This document shows positions 52,123 to 63,922 of a stretch of DNA of 64,000 nucleotides, piece after piece (positions within the stretch are counted from its first letter, which is position 1; every line of letters begins with the position of its first letter). The stretch spans positions 36,580,001-36,644,000 of the forward strand of contig OX597816.1 in the NCBI GenBank assembly GCA_951406725.2, written 5' to 3'. The stretch is from Octopus vulgaris (lineage: Eukaryota). Below the pieces are notes generated by a model. The model was not told the origin of the DNA. It did no database searches and saw only the letters and a program-made list of their open reading frames with translations. The position numbers and the translations under genes were made by a program.

Positions 52123-54187
52123 CAGAAATTATTTTGTGATCCTCCTATACCGGAGGAACATGTGCATCACTATCAATATACTGTCTTTCTCTTTGAAGAG
52201 AAGGTTGAGTATAACTCTGGTTTAGAGCTACGATCAACTTAAATCAACAATGTCAGTTATTACTACTGCTAAAACTACGGCTGATGTCCCTGACATCTTC
52301 AATTGTTTGAATGTTCTTTTATATAACATTATTCCTAAAAATCTCGTGGCTTTTCTCTACTTTTCTTCGCATTGAATTATAGCTTCCAATATAGTAGAGA
52401 CTAAGCGAATTTTGTGGCTGACTTTATGTCACATATTCAGATTAGTTTAATCCATTATATAGCACTATTCCTCTAAATCGATCATTTATGTTCTTACGGT
52501 TTTTATTAACTGCCTGCATAGACTGATCTTGTTTTCTATATTGCAATGACTTGGATGGCTTATGGACTTTGTGTTGTATTTTCCATAAATATTGCCCCTC
52601 AATACTTATAAAAGTAGTATGGTGTTAAAATATATTCTGTAATGAATTAATCACATGCATCGACAGTTTCACTCTCTCTGCATTCTATTAATTGATTTTT
52701 CAGTTCATAGAGATATTCCTTCTAATCGCTATCGCTTATTTTCTTCTCTGTTGGCTTACCGAAAATCACAATCAGAAATGGAAAATCAGAGTGACACATC
52801 TCGGTTAGAAAAGAAGCCTAGATTAATAACAGTTAGTTGCCTGAAGAAAGAAATACAGGTGTGCTGATGGGGTCATACTGTGGGCCATTATCAGAGGATA
52901 ATGGAAAGGATCCGCTCAGCGACAACACATTCCTTGGTTTCAATTGAAGAGCATTTCACTTTGAATGGCTGTGAATAACGGTAGAGAAGAGTAGATGTGG
53001 TATTTTTCGAAGGCATTTAGGTGGAGTTGCTTGACAAAAACTGGCTGGGAATTTAGAAAATTTGGAGCAGGATTGATTCTATCATCATTGTGATGATTCT
53101 ATGAAGTCGACGGAATTAAATGACAAAAAGGATTTGGTGACAAAAATGCAAAATGTATACAAGAATCAGCTGAAGCAATCTGTGTAATGCAAGGACGTTT
53201 CCTTAGGGCTTCGGATGATGTTTTAGTTGAAAATATTTAAGAATCATGAGCGGGGACATATATATATATGTTTCTGAGTTTATATATTTAAATATACACG
53301 TATGTGTCTCATCGCTCTGATATCAGCAGATACCTGGTCGATTAGACGAGCGCATTTGTGCCTAGGATATTCTGAGTAATAAATGTGTGAGTAATTAACT
53401 TTTTGCCTAGAAACATATATTTGGTATAAATGTTCAGAGCTCTTTCATTTACTTTGTACTCATCCTTCTGCATTGAAATATAAAAATGTAGTAACACATT
53501 TCTAAGTTGTTTGGGGGTATTTTCTGTCGACCAGTCGGGATAATGTATCGTAAATGATTTGAAATTTTATGAATTAGTGGCAACTGAATCAGATTTTGGA
53601 CGGATTGTCTAGTAGGAACGATTGGATCTTAAAATCAAGATGTTCAGTAAACTACAGTTCTACCGCTGTGTCATGTAATTATTACATCCTCAGATTTAAA
53701 TATAACTAGCATTTCCTGATGCGGAAATATAGACGAATATTCAAACGTACCCATTTTGTAAACCATGTATACACTCTGGTCACCATTTCAGCTTGAGGAA
53801 AAAATTTAACACCTGATAATACTGAGTACTATTATGTTGAGTTCAAATATTTTCATCTTTCCGGGGTGGGGGGTACAGAAACAAACTACCAGTTAAGCGC
53901 TAGTCAATACCATCGAATAATCCGCTTCCTCCAGAATTGCTGGCATTATATCTCAATTAAAAAAAACAAAAACTATATATTCCCTTTCGGTTAAAGAGTA
54001 TCAGTATACATCCTTCAAGGCAAGGCCAATAATAATAGGAGGGTACGATTATTTACTAGTACTTCATATTATCGACCCCAAAAGTATAAAAGGCAAAACT
54101 AACCTGAACATTATCTAAACTGAAAGGGTATTTACCCGATTCTTTAAGCTGTGCCAACACCCTTCCAGAATTCGCAAATTCCTTTAT

Positions 54188-54236
<49 letters not shown>

Positions 54237-54264
54237 CATATATATATATATAATAAAAAATAAT

Positions 54265-54516
54265 AAATGCACCCTTTTAAAGCCTAGCCAGGCTCATGGG
54301 CCCGGTCTCCCGGTTTCTATGGCATATGTGTTCCCCAGCTGGACGGGACGCCAGTCCATCGCGGCGTAACTCACTTTTGCCAGCTGAGTGGACTGGAGTA
54401 ACGTGAAATGAAGTAATTTGCTCATGAACATAACGCATCGCCTGGTCCAGGAATCGAAACCACAATCTTTCGATTATGATGCTGACACCCTAACCACTAA
54501 GTCACGCGCCCCCACC
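54265..54516 (-). mobile_element. tRNA-derived SINE, second family
   Basis: Minus-strand head gcgcgtgacttagtggttagggtg...ggtttcgattcctggacc (A/B boxes); core tccagtccactcagctggcaaaa. Confidence 0.85.
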
Positions 54517-54533
54517 TCTTTTATAAATATGTT

Positions 54534-54564
<31 letters not shown>

Positions 54565-54741
54565 ATAAATAATTAAAAGGGCGGGCAACATATACATATG
54601 TATGTATGTATATAAATTGGAAGGTTTGGAGATGATGTAGAGGTATCATATATTAGAAGAAATGAGGTACTCAGAAGATCGGATGGGTTATATTTACAGA
54701 TATTTATTTATGTATTACATTTTTTATATATATATCATATC

Positions 54742-54797
54742 ACTTAGATCATTACCGCTTTCTCCCATTCTAGTGGGGTTTTCAAATCCAACTAAGT
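54742..54797 (-). ncRNA. Degenerate minimal hammerhead (U3-A8 core) in the PLE tail
   Basis: Minus strand acttagttggat-TTGAAAA-ccccactagaatggga-GAAA-gcgg-TA-atgatctaagt. Confidence 0.45.
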
Positions 54798-55404
54798 TCC
54801 TGTGTGTGGAATTTTGATCATTTTATAGAGTTTCGTAGTGGTGGGGAGGAATATAAAACAGTACAAGAGGATTATGCGTGAGGAGAAAGTGAGAGAGAGA
54901 ACATGTGTGTATGTGTGTGTGTGTGTGTGTTTGTATCTGGGGTGAGTGCTAAAGAGAAAGAGGGGAAGGGAGAGGGAAGAAGAAGGAAAGAATTTTTTGG
55001 GTCTGCTGGACAGAATATTGACTCCAAGGGGGTTCTAAGGCCTTAGGAAAAAAAAGAAGTTCAGCTTTGGCCACTTCACAGTGTCACTGAGTGTGTGGTG
55101 GCGGGGAGGCAGGCCATAAATTATACTTCCTTTTATCATTGTGAGAACGGTCAAATGCTTTTTTGGGTTTAAGAATTCTTTCCACTTTTTATGTGGAGGT
55201 GTGTGTGTGTCTATGTGCGAGTGTCTGTGTATGTGTGTGTGTGTGTGTGTCCGTGTGCGTTTGTGTGTGTGTGTGCGTGTGTGCGTGTGTGCGTGTGTGT
55301 GTGCGTGCGTGTGAGTGTGTCTGTGCGTTTGGAGAAGGGAAGAGAGAAAAAAAAGAAAAAGAAAAATAAGGGAGGAAGAGGAAAAAATTGTGTTGATATT
55401 TATA

Positions 55405-55889
55405 CCACTATATATATATACATGCTTATACATGAAATATTAGGAAAAAAAACACATTGTTAACAAAATGAACAACTAAATTGCACCATCTTGAAAATTG
55501 TATATCATAGGGAAGTTAAAATTAAAGTGACGATTAAAAAGTAAAGATGAAGTAAATTACAAAAATGATATAATGTATATAACAGGTAATATATATATAC
55601 ACACACACATATATATATATACATATACACACATATACTAAATGTTCTACTATATTAAATTGTAAATCGAAAGATGTGTCCTTCAATGTCACTATATATC
55701 TATACATGCTTATGCATGAAATATTAGAAAATAAACACCTTTTATCGATTCACAATGAACAGTCAAATTACACCATCTTGAAAATTGCATATCATAGGAA
55801 GGTTAAAATTAAAATGATAATTGGCAAGTAAATATTAAGTAAATTACAAAAATAATATAATGTATATAACAGGTAATATATATATATAT

Positions 55890-55927
<38 letters not shown>
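55405..55927. repeat. Diverged ~285-bp tandem duplication in the PLE 3' tail; the second unit is completed at 56933-57028
   Basis: cactatata..catgcttat..aacaggtaatatata at 55407 and 55690; atactaaatgttctac..ccttcaatgt at 55635 and 56974. Confidence 0.8.
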
Positions 55928-55930
<3 letters not shown>

Positions 55931-56099
55931 ACATAAGGGACTAAAGCCATCTGAATATGGCTAGGGACAGGGCAGGGTGGTGGGGGTGTTACTGTTGCAT
56001 TTAGCCCCAGGCGAACATCGACGTCACCAGAAAGGCTCGACACCGTCACGGTGCCCTAAACCTGCAAAGGGAGGTAATTCCCCGATGAAGCGGAAACCA

Positions 56100-56145
56100 C
56101 ACACGGACCATGGTTTCAAGGTGTATTGCCTATCATCGGCGTGTG
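56100..56145 (-). ncRNA. Type I hammerhead, CCGAUGA variant
   Basis: cacacg-CCGATGA-taggcaatacacctt-GAAA-ccatgg-TC-cgtgtg; extended stem I spans 56061-56184. Confidence 0.8.
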
Positions 56146-56459
56146 GTAGGCCTCCGCTTCCTCGACGAATTCTCACTCTGCAGGATTTTCTTATATAGAT
56201 TTTCAAGCAAAATACATTTGCTGATTTCGAAAATCTGTTCGAAAGCAATAATAATTCTCTAAAAGGGATATAGACAGTAACTGCTCGATAACATAAGGGA
56301 CTAAAGCCATCTGAATATGGCTAGGGACAGGGCAGGGTGGTGGGGGTGTTACTGTTGCATTTAGCCCCAGGCGAACATCGACGTCACCAGAAAGGCTCGA
56401 CACCGTCACGGTGCCCTAAACCTGCAAAGGGAGGTAATTCCCCGATGAAGCGGAAACCA

Positions 56460-56505
56460 CACACGGACCATGGTTTCAAGGTGTATTGCCTATCATCGGC
56501 GTGTG
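56460..56505 (-). ncRNA. Type I hammerhead, CCGAUGA variant (copy 2)
   Basis: Identical core, 360 nt from copy 1. Confidence 0.8.
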
Positions 56506-56670
56506 GTAGGCCTCCGCTTCCTCGACTAATTCTCACTCTGCAGGATTTTCTTATATAGATTTTCAAGCAAAATACATTTGCTGTTTCGAAATCAGCAAAT
56601 GTATTTTGCTTGAAAATCTATATAAGAAAATCCTGCAGAGTGAGAATTCGTCGAGGAAGCGGAGGCCTAC

Positions 56671-56716
56671 CACACGCCGATGATAGGCAATACACCTTGA
56701 AACCATGGTCCGTGTG
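56671..56716 (+). ncRNA. Type I hammerhead, CCGAUGA variant (inverted copy)
   Basis: Same motif read directly on the + strand; rod spans 56632-56755. Confidence 0.8.
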
Positions 56717-56931
56717 TGGTTTCCGCTTCATCGGGGAATTACCTCCCTTTGCAGGTTTAGGGCACCGTGACGGTGTCGAGCCTTTCTGGTGACGTCGATG
56801 TTCGCCTGGGGCTAAATGCAACAGTAACACCCCCACCACCCTGCCCTGTCCCTAGCCATATTCAGATGGCTTTAGTCCCTTATGTTATCGAGCAGTTACT
56901 GTCTATATCCCTTTTAGAGAAATTATTATTG

Positions 56932-56976
<45 letters not shown>

Positions 56977-57043
56977 CTAAATGTTCTACTATATTATATT
57001 GTAAATCGAAAGATTTGTCCTTCAATGTATGATGAGTAAAATT

Positions 57044-58130
57044 TCAGCCATTTAATTTGGGGAAGAACTTAGCTATGAAACATTTTTCCATATTCCTCCC
57101 GAAAGAAGTGTCGTTCTTCGGACATTTGTAGAAGGGAAAGATCTTAAATTTTTCTTTCTCCACACGTAGCTAGGTGTGTACTTAGTGGTATTTTGCGTAG
57201 TTCTTCCTGCCGAATATGTTGTCGGTGAATCCTGGCTCGCTGGCACAAAGAATTAGCAGTTTCACCTACGTAATTCTCCTTGTATGTGGGGCAGGTTATG
57301 CAGTATATAACGTTCTGCGTCTTGCAGTTCATACCTGCATTTACTTTGAATACGTAACCACTTTTAAATCTCATCTCTCTGTTTCCCTCTATGTATTTGT
57401 AGGTGGGGTTGCTGCAGATCCCACATCTACCATCTCCGCACTCTTTTGCCAAGAATTCCGTTTTAGTTTCTGAAGAGAATTTCGCTCTTGTTAGATGTTT
57501 CTTTAGGTTTTTGTCCTGTCGTCTACTGTTTTTTATGCTATATTTGTTTAATATGTTTTTCATTTTGGGGCTTTGTAAGGCTATTGGTAGGTTTGAATGT
57601 ATGGTTTGGAAGATGTTGGTAACTCCAGGGTTGTGCGTGTTTATAAAAGGGATAATGTTTTCTTTGTTTTTTGTTTTGGGTGTCCTGAGTTGTGCGATGT
57701 CTAGTTTTAATGCTCTTGTGATTCCATTTTCTATTAGTTTAAGGGAGTATTTTTGCTCTAGGAGCAAGTTTTTGAGTTCATCTAGTCTTATTAGTCGTGT
57801 TTGTGAATCAGTTACTATGCTACATATTCGTCTTGCCATACTATATGGGATGTTTCTTTTTTTGTGGGATGGGTGGCAGGAATGGAAATTTAAATATTGT
57901 TGTGCGTCAGTTTTTTTTTTTGTAGTGGATGTCTGTTGTGACGATGGAGTTGTGTATTTTGATGTTGATGTCTAGGAAGGGAAGTTCGTTGTGGCTGGTA
58001 TCTATTGTGACGTTGATAGATGGGTGCATCGTTTTGAGGATGTTGTGGAATGTTCGTAGATCTTCTTCTGATCTGTTTCAAAAGATGAGGCAGTCATCGA
58101 GGTAGCGTTTCCACTTTTTCTTGATGTCTC
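57044..58130 (-). pseudogene. PLE reverse transcriptase C-terminus plus GIY-YIG endonuclease (frameshifted)
   Basis: KWKRYLDDCLIF, LPFLDI, YLNFHSCHPSHKKRNIPYSMARRICSIV, Cys linker CGDGRCGIC, NVIYCITC..YVGET...R..H; ends FPFYK..EKCFIAKFFPKLNG*; ORF-track entry 57144-57839 is the intact middle. Confidence 0.92.
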
Positions 58131-58192
58131 CTCTGAAGTCGTGTTCGAAGACTTTCCCAATTTCATCGCATATACGAATGTATATATATATA

Positions 58193-58262
<70 letters not shown>

Positions 58263-58305
58263 ATTTATATATATATATATTTATATATATATTACATATA
58301 TTATA

Positions 58306-58347
<42 letters not shown>

Positions 58348-58350
<3 letters not shown>

Positions 58351-58582
58351 GGTATGTAGAAAAATACAACATGGACAAGAACGTATAACTCTTAGAAGAC
58401 GATACAATAAACACGGACAGGACATTCGAAACCCTCAGTCTTCAGTCAAGAACCGGATCATCGTAGTAATTTCGGCTGATTAATCTTGAGATTACTAGAT
58501 CACGGCCAGCCCTCCAAGAAAAACTAAGCAACGAGCATTAGAAAAACTAAGCTGGGAGCGTAGATTTCCTGGAAGAAGGATC

Positions 58583-58586
<4 letters not shown>
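58348..58586. mobile_element. Short interspersed repeat between (TA)n runs, possibly PLE pseudo-LTR-derived
   Basis: Non-microsatellite island flanked by (TA)n with an internal agaaaaactaagc duplication. Confidence 0.4.
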
Positions 58587-58649
<63 letters not shown>

Positions 58650-59774
58650 CACATGCATTCATGTATATATTATTTGTACGAGAAAAGAACTGTTTAGAAA
58701 GAAGTAATTCAAAAAGATGTTCACATGCTTTTACTTAAAATAAATTGTAGAGTTCATTATAAGGAAAACCAGTAGCATGTACAATGCTATATTTCTTGTT
58801 GAAGCATGTTCAGATTATTTTCATTTCACAGACTGAGGCCCTTCTTATTTCCTCATACGGTCTTCGTTTTGCAGTTTTAAAAGCTACATCGGAATAGTAT
58901 TGTGTGCATTCTGTATTTGCTATCTTTTGTAAAACAGAACATTATTAAATAATGTGAAAGCAGAGAAACAGACAACTTTAAAAATAAACATAACCCGAAT
59001 TAAAAATATATTTTCATTCCGAGATTGTTACATTGATAATCATTAACAAAACATTCGGATAGAGCAAGAAAACAAACATCAATAAGTTTAATTTCTTCAA
59101 AATAACAATATATTGTTTTCAAACGTAGATCGAAATTCAGTAGAAAACAATATATTTATTATAAAGTAATTTCTTCTATTTCACATATCATGCTGACGTA
59201 TGACAATACGTATGAAACATTTTTTTTTAAATTGCTTAGCTTGAAAAGAAGCAACTATAAAACCATTTAACTGATCGTGTATAGTGATATTCTAATCAAC
59301 GAAAGGTAATTGAAATTCTAAGGTTACGTCGAAATGAATAATACACATGTTAACATTTATAATGTTATATTTGTTTTGTTGCGCATGCCGGTAAAGAATT
59401 TGGATCTGTTGCCGTTAAGAAATTGGCTTCTTCACTACATGCTTCCGTGTTCCGTTCTCAGTACACCGAACTTTCAGGAAGTGCCTTCAACGGTAGCCTA
59501 AACTGGGCCAAACCCGAGATGGTGGAATTTTACGCAAAAAAGCAACTGGAAACACATCAGATAGACAAATTCTCTCCGTGAATCTCACAGATATTAAGCA
59601 GTAGATTTTACCAGTCACCAAATTAATCACATTTTTTCCACGTGTACTCTTAGTGTGCCTCCACATAGTTGTAATCAATCGATGTTAGGACTCCCCCTTA
59701 ATAACTCCCTACTGAGTGCCTCTCGTGTGAAGAGCTGGTTGATGGAGGTTGCTTTTCGTCCTCTGATTACTCTT

Positions 59775-59975
59775 TTACTTGTTTCAGTCATTTCACTGCG
59801 GCCATGCTGGAGCACTGCCTTTAGTCGAGCAAATCGACCCTAGGACTTATTCTTTGTAAGCCTAGTTCTTATTCTATCGTTCTCTTTTGCCGAACCGCTA
59901 AGTTACGGGGACGTAAACACACCAGCATCTGTAGTGAAGCGATGTTGGAGGGGACAAACATATACACACAAATAT

Positions 59976-60048
<73 letters not shown>

Positions 60049-60208
60049 TTCGACGGGATTCTTTCAGTTTCCGTCTACCAAATCCACTCACAAGGCTTTG
60101 ATCGGTCCGAGGCTATGGTAGAAGACACGTGCCCAATGTGCCACGCAGTGAGACTGAAACCAGAACCATGTGGTTCGAAAGCAAGCTACACAGCCACTCT
60201 TACGCCTA
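59775..60208 (-). mobile_element. tRNA-derived SINE, third family, with internal (TA)n
   Basis: Minus-strand head aggcgtaagagtggctgtgt..ggtttcagtctcactgcgtggcacattgggc; tail gctccagcatggccgcagt..gactgaaacaagtaa. Confidence 0.88.
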
Positions 60209-60799
60209 TAATTATTAAAAAATACACAAAATAACCGACTTGAAAGATACAATTTCTAATATAGTCTATAGATATAAATTTGATTATAGATTATTTACCA
60301 TGTTTATCTGTATGGAGATAAAGATGCTGAATATAGATGTAATATTAACGCCAAAACTCTTAAGAATGTACTTTATTTAATATCACCCATTTTGTGTTCC
60401 TTGGAAGACAATGAATGCTAACATACGACAGTCCATATATGTAATTGCTTTATCCGCAAGAAACAGAATAAATTTCACTCAAATCACATCATACTGTCAT
60501 AAATTGCGTATTGTATATTCAGTAATGTCATACCAGTACAGAAAATGACAGGTAGATCGCTCGTAGAAAGTTCTGTGGGCATTGTGTTAAACAACAATAG
60601 AATTCAGTCGTCTACAAATTACGCTCGCTTTTGTGCATGTATAGCCACTTAGTTAAAAGATGCACAGCATTGATATAAAAAAAGCATATCAGACACTCAT
60701 AAGTGAGTATGACTTGATAGCCTGTACGATTTTTTCGCTAAATATTTTAGGTGCAATTGTTGTTGCGATAGAACACAGATATGTCATCTTTCTACCCTT

Positions 60800-60990
60800 C
60801 ATCCGAATGGAATATCTAAGATGTCGAGACCGGAGAGCAAAGGGCTGCGCTAGCTTTAACTCAGTGCTTTTATGAGCTAAGTTGACTTGAATGAAATGCC
60901 CTGCTCAAGGACACAACGCTTAACTCAGCCTAGGAATCAGACCCATGAAGATGTAATATCAATTGATATCCTAACAACTAGGTCACGTGA
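60800..60990 (-). mobile_element. Degenerate tRNA-head SINE
   Basis: gaaatgccctgctcaaggacacaacgc..aggaatcag..cctaacaactaggtcacgtg. Confidence 0.55.
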
Positions 60991-61159
60991 GTACTGAGTT
61001 ACAAAAACGCTTTTAGATACCAGAAAAAAGTCCGTAACATAGCCTTCCTATTTTAAATTCCCTAACAGCCAAGACGACAAGCAATGTAATATTTCGTAAC
61101 TACAAAAAATAAAAGTAGCATTTGATACTGATTTCAAATTAAAGTAACATTCGATGTTG

Positions 61160-61362
61160 ATTTCTAATTTTGGCACAAGGCCAAAAATTTCGTAGGACGA
61201 GGTTAAGTCGACTACATCGACCCCAGTTCTCAACTAGTATTTATTTTATCGATCCTTAAGGATGAAAGTCCACATCGGCAACATTTGAACTCAAAACCTA
61301 AAGACGGATGAAATGCCACTAAGCACTTTGCCCGGCATGTTAACGATTCTACCAGCTCACTG
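61160..61362 (-). mobile_element. SINE
   Basis: ttggcacaaggcc...tcgaccccagt...gcccggcatgttaacgattctaccagctcac. Confidence 0.85.
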
Positions 61363-61671
61363 TATTTGACAGCGTTTAATATTAAACAGAGAATAGTCTT
61401 TGATTGTTGAAAGTAACATAGAGTTAACAGTTACACTTTTAAATATCAAGAATAACGTCTTCCACATCTCCCTCGCTGCCATCACAAAATCGCAGAAGTG
61501 AAGATGAAAAAGTACCACTAACAGCTATTTAATCGGGAAATAGAAAGCCTAGAAATATTGATGGAATTAAGAATGTTATTGTCCCAATCTAAGCATAAAG
61601 AACGGATTAGGAATTATGAAAAGAGGAAAAAGCAGGGAAGTAGATTCAGTATAAACGCAGTCGTGATTTTA

Positions 61672-61932
<261 letters not shown>

Positions 61933-62589
61933 TGATACAGAAAGCTAGATAGAAAGAGGGAAAGCATAGCTCTGTATTAATTTATTAAAACATGAGCTTA
62001 GTAAATTTCAATATGCCAGTTGTAATGGAAATCGATTTCTGAGCCTAAGAATTTGCGTTTTACATTCGTCACGATTTTTCAGAGTCAAGTAGCAAAAGTA
62101 AATTGATTCGATTGTGTAAATCCAATGTTTTGAATTTCAAACACTTTTCTTAACACCAACTGCATAAATACGAATCTTGTCATTCAAAATGAAAGAATAG
62201 AGAAAAAAAATGAACAAAACAGTCTGAAGGGTTACTTCGGGTACCAAATTAATATTAGATCATGACAAATCACAGATACATTTATATACTCGTATGTATA
62301 CTCAAATATACACACATAGATGATATGGTAATTTAAAGGTAGTTTACAGATGATATGGTAATTCTAATATAATCACGTTTCCCTGTAGTAATATTACTAA
62401 TAAATGCAACGCCAAATTCGCCATTGTAACCGATTAGCCATTTGTGCTTTAAAAGGTCAGCACAATGTAGAATTTTGCAAAATCCAGTTAAGTAACAGCG
62501 GGAGCAGCAAACAAATTATTCACCTACTAGCAAAGTTCTTCTTTGTCAAAGGAATTGCGACTAGGCAAAGTAAACTGACCCTGATGTCA

Positions 62590-62893
62590 TTTCGTGACGT
62601 GGGCATCAACGAGGCATATTGTTTATTGACTATCTTCAAAAGGGCCACACCATCAATAGAGAGTACTATGCCAACTTGCTGAGGCAACTAAGAAACTCAA
62701 TCAAGACCAAACACTGACAGAAGGTGTTTGTTTCATCAAGCGCACAAATCCTTTGTTTCAATAGCTGCTGTACTTGACTGTGATTTTGAACCGGTTGATC
62801 AAACCTCCTCTTCTGCTCATTTCCGGTCATCTGTCCCCCAACATGTAAAAACATTTGGCTGGATAGCAGTATCGCAGTGATTATGATATCATA
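62590..62893 (+). mobile_element. mariner transposase remnant
   Basis: GILFIDYLQKGHTINREYYANLLRQLRNSIKTK...FHQ...KHLAG*QYRSDYD. Confidence 0.8.
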
Positions 62894-62894
62894 T

Positions 62895-63922
62895 TGAAAA
62901 ACGAACGACTAGCAGTGTCTGCTATCGTCAGAGACATTAACAGATCAAAGACAGTTGTTTCATGAATACACAAGCTTTATGAAGACTGTGACTGGTCATT
63001 TGAAGAAAGTTTGACTTCAGACCCATTCCGCTGCCACTAATCATCTCGCCAGTATGAAGAACTGAAAAGTGAGGTTATCCTTTGCCAATGAGCAGGTACT
63101 TTAGACGGATGACAACTGGTCGCGTGTGTTCAATTTGATTGGCTCTGATAGTGAAACGTTGTAAAAGTGAACGATTGCTCCCTAAAGGCGTGACAAAATC
63201 GATGAAGTTTGAGTGTTTAATGGTGTAGGGAATGATTTCTGCAGCAGGTGTTGGGCCCTTAATCCAGATCCATGGTAATGTGAGTGCAGTCATATGCAAA
63301 AACATTCTGCTGCATGTTGTGCCAGCTATGATGTCATTTGCAACTCGTCAGCCAGTCTTTATCCTGGATAATGCGACTTGTCGCAGTGCTAATATAGTTA
63401 AGGTAGTATCTCATTCTGAAAACATCCCTGTGATGCGTTGACCAACTCAGAACCCTAACTTTAATCCCATTAAAAACTTATGAAAGATACTTGGTGATGA
63501 GATCAAAGAACCTCGACCAGCGCATATTACAAATTTGTAGGAAAAGTTTCAAGAAGGATGGAATAAAATAATGTCAAAACAATGTGAGAAATTCATCATA
63601 ACCTGTATACGTAAATGTGCTATAAATTAAAACCATAAAAATGTACATTTTTATTAATGTATTGATGTCAATTGTAAAACATTCTCGCAAAATTTTGATT
63701 TATGGAATTTTGAATCATACATCCATTTGTCCATCTTGTATTTTTCAAATACATAACTTTTCTATAAAAGATTATTTTGTTATTAATCACTTCCTATAAA
63801 ATCTATTGTAAATAATCAACATACTTTAAAATATATACAAAAAATCCCATTCGGAAATATGAAGTACAAATGTAAATATTTATATTTTAAATTTTTGCTC
63901 TCTAATTTTGGCCACTACTGTA
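62895..63922 (+). mobile_element. Tc1-like transposon remnant with 3' terminus
   Basis: MV*GMISAAGVGPLIQIHG..FILDNATCRSA..VMR*PTQNPNFNPIKNL; ends ttttggccactactg followed by TA. Confidence 0.85.

Larger units (their letters stand above)
55928..56932. mobile_element. Retrozyme-like cassette C: 360-nt monomer, about 1.8 minus-strand copies plus about 1 inverted copy
   Basis: ataacataagggactaaagcc at 55928 and 56288; inversion centre near 56586; copies nearly identical; both ends in (TA)n. Confidence 0.9.
54600..58180 (-). mobile_element. Penelope-like element (Neptune-like), 5'-truncated, with a long 3' tail
   Basis: RT/GIY-YIG coding remnant at 57044-58130; 3' tail with a ~285-bp tandem duplication; putative terminal HHR at 54742-54797; downstream boundary is inferred. 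Confidence 0.7.

Noticed and set aside
56082-56117. Antisense ccgatga-agcg-gaaa motif suggesting a second, opposite-polarity hammerhead
   Set aside because: There is no stem II and no stem I pairing; it is the complement of the rod stem.
55977-56839. Repeated 73-aa and 60-74-aa ORFs in cassette C
   Set aside because: They recur only because the unit is repeated, use non-ATG starts and have no recognisable domain; RNA structure explains the sequence better.
58415-58500. Two hammerhead-like cores on the minus strand (ctgaaga..gaa; ctcaaga..gaaa)
   Set aside because: Neither gives a complete three-stem fold with an NUH site.
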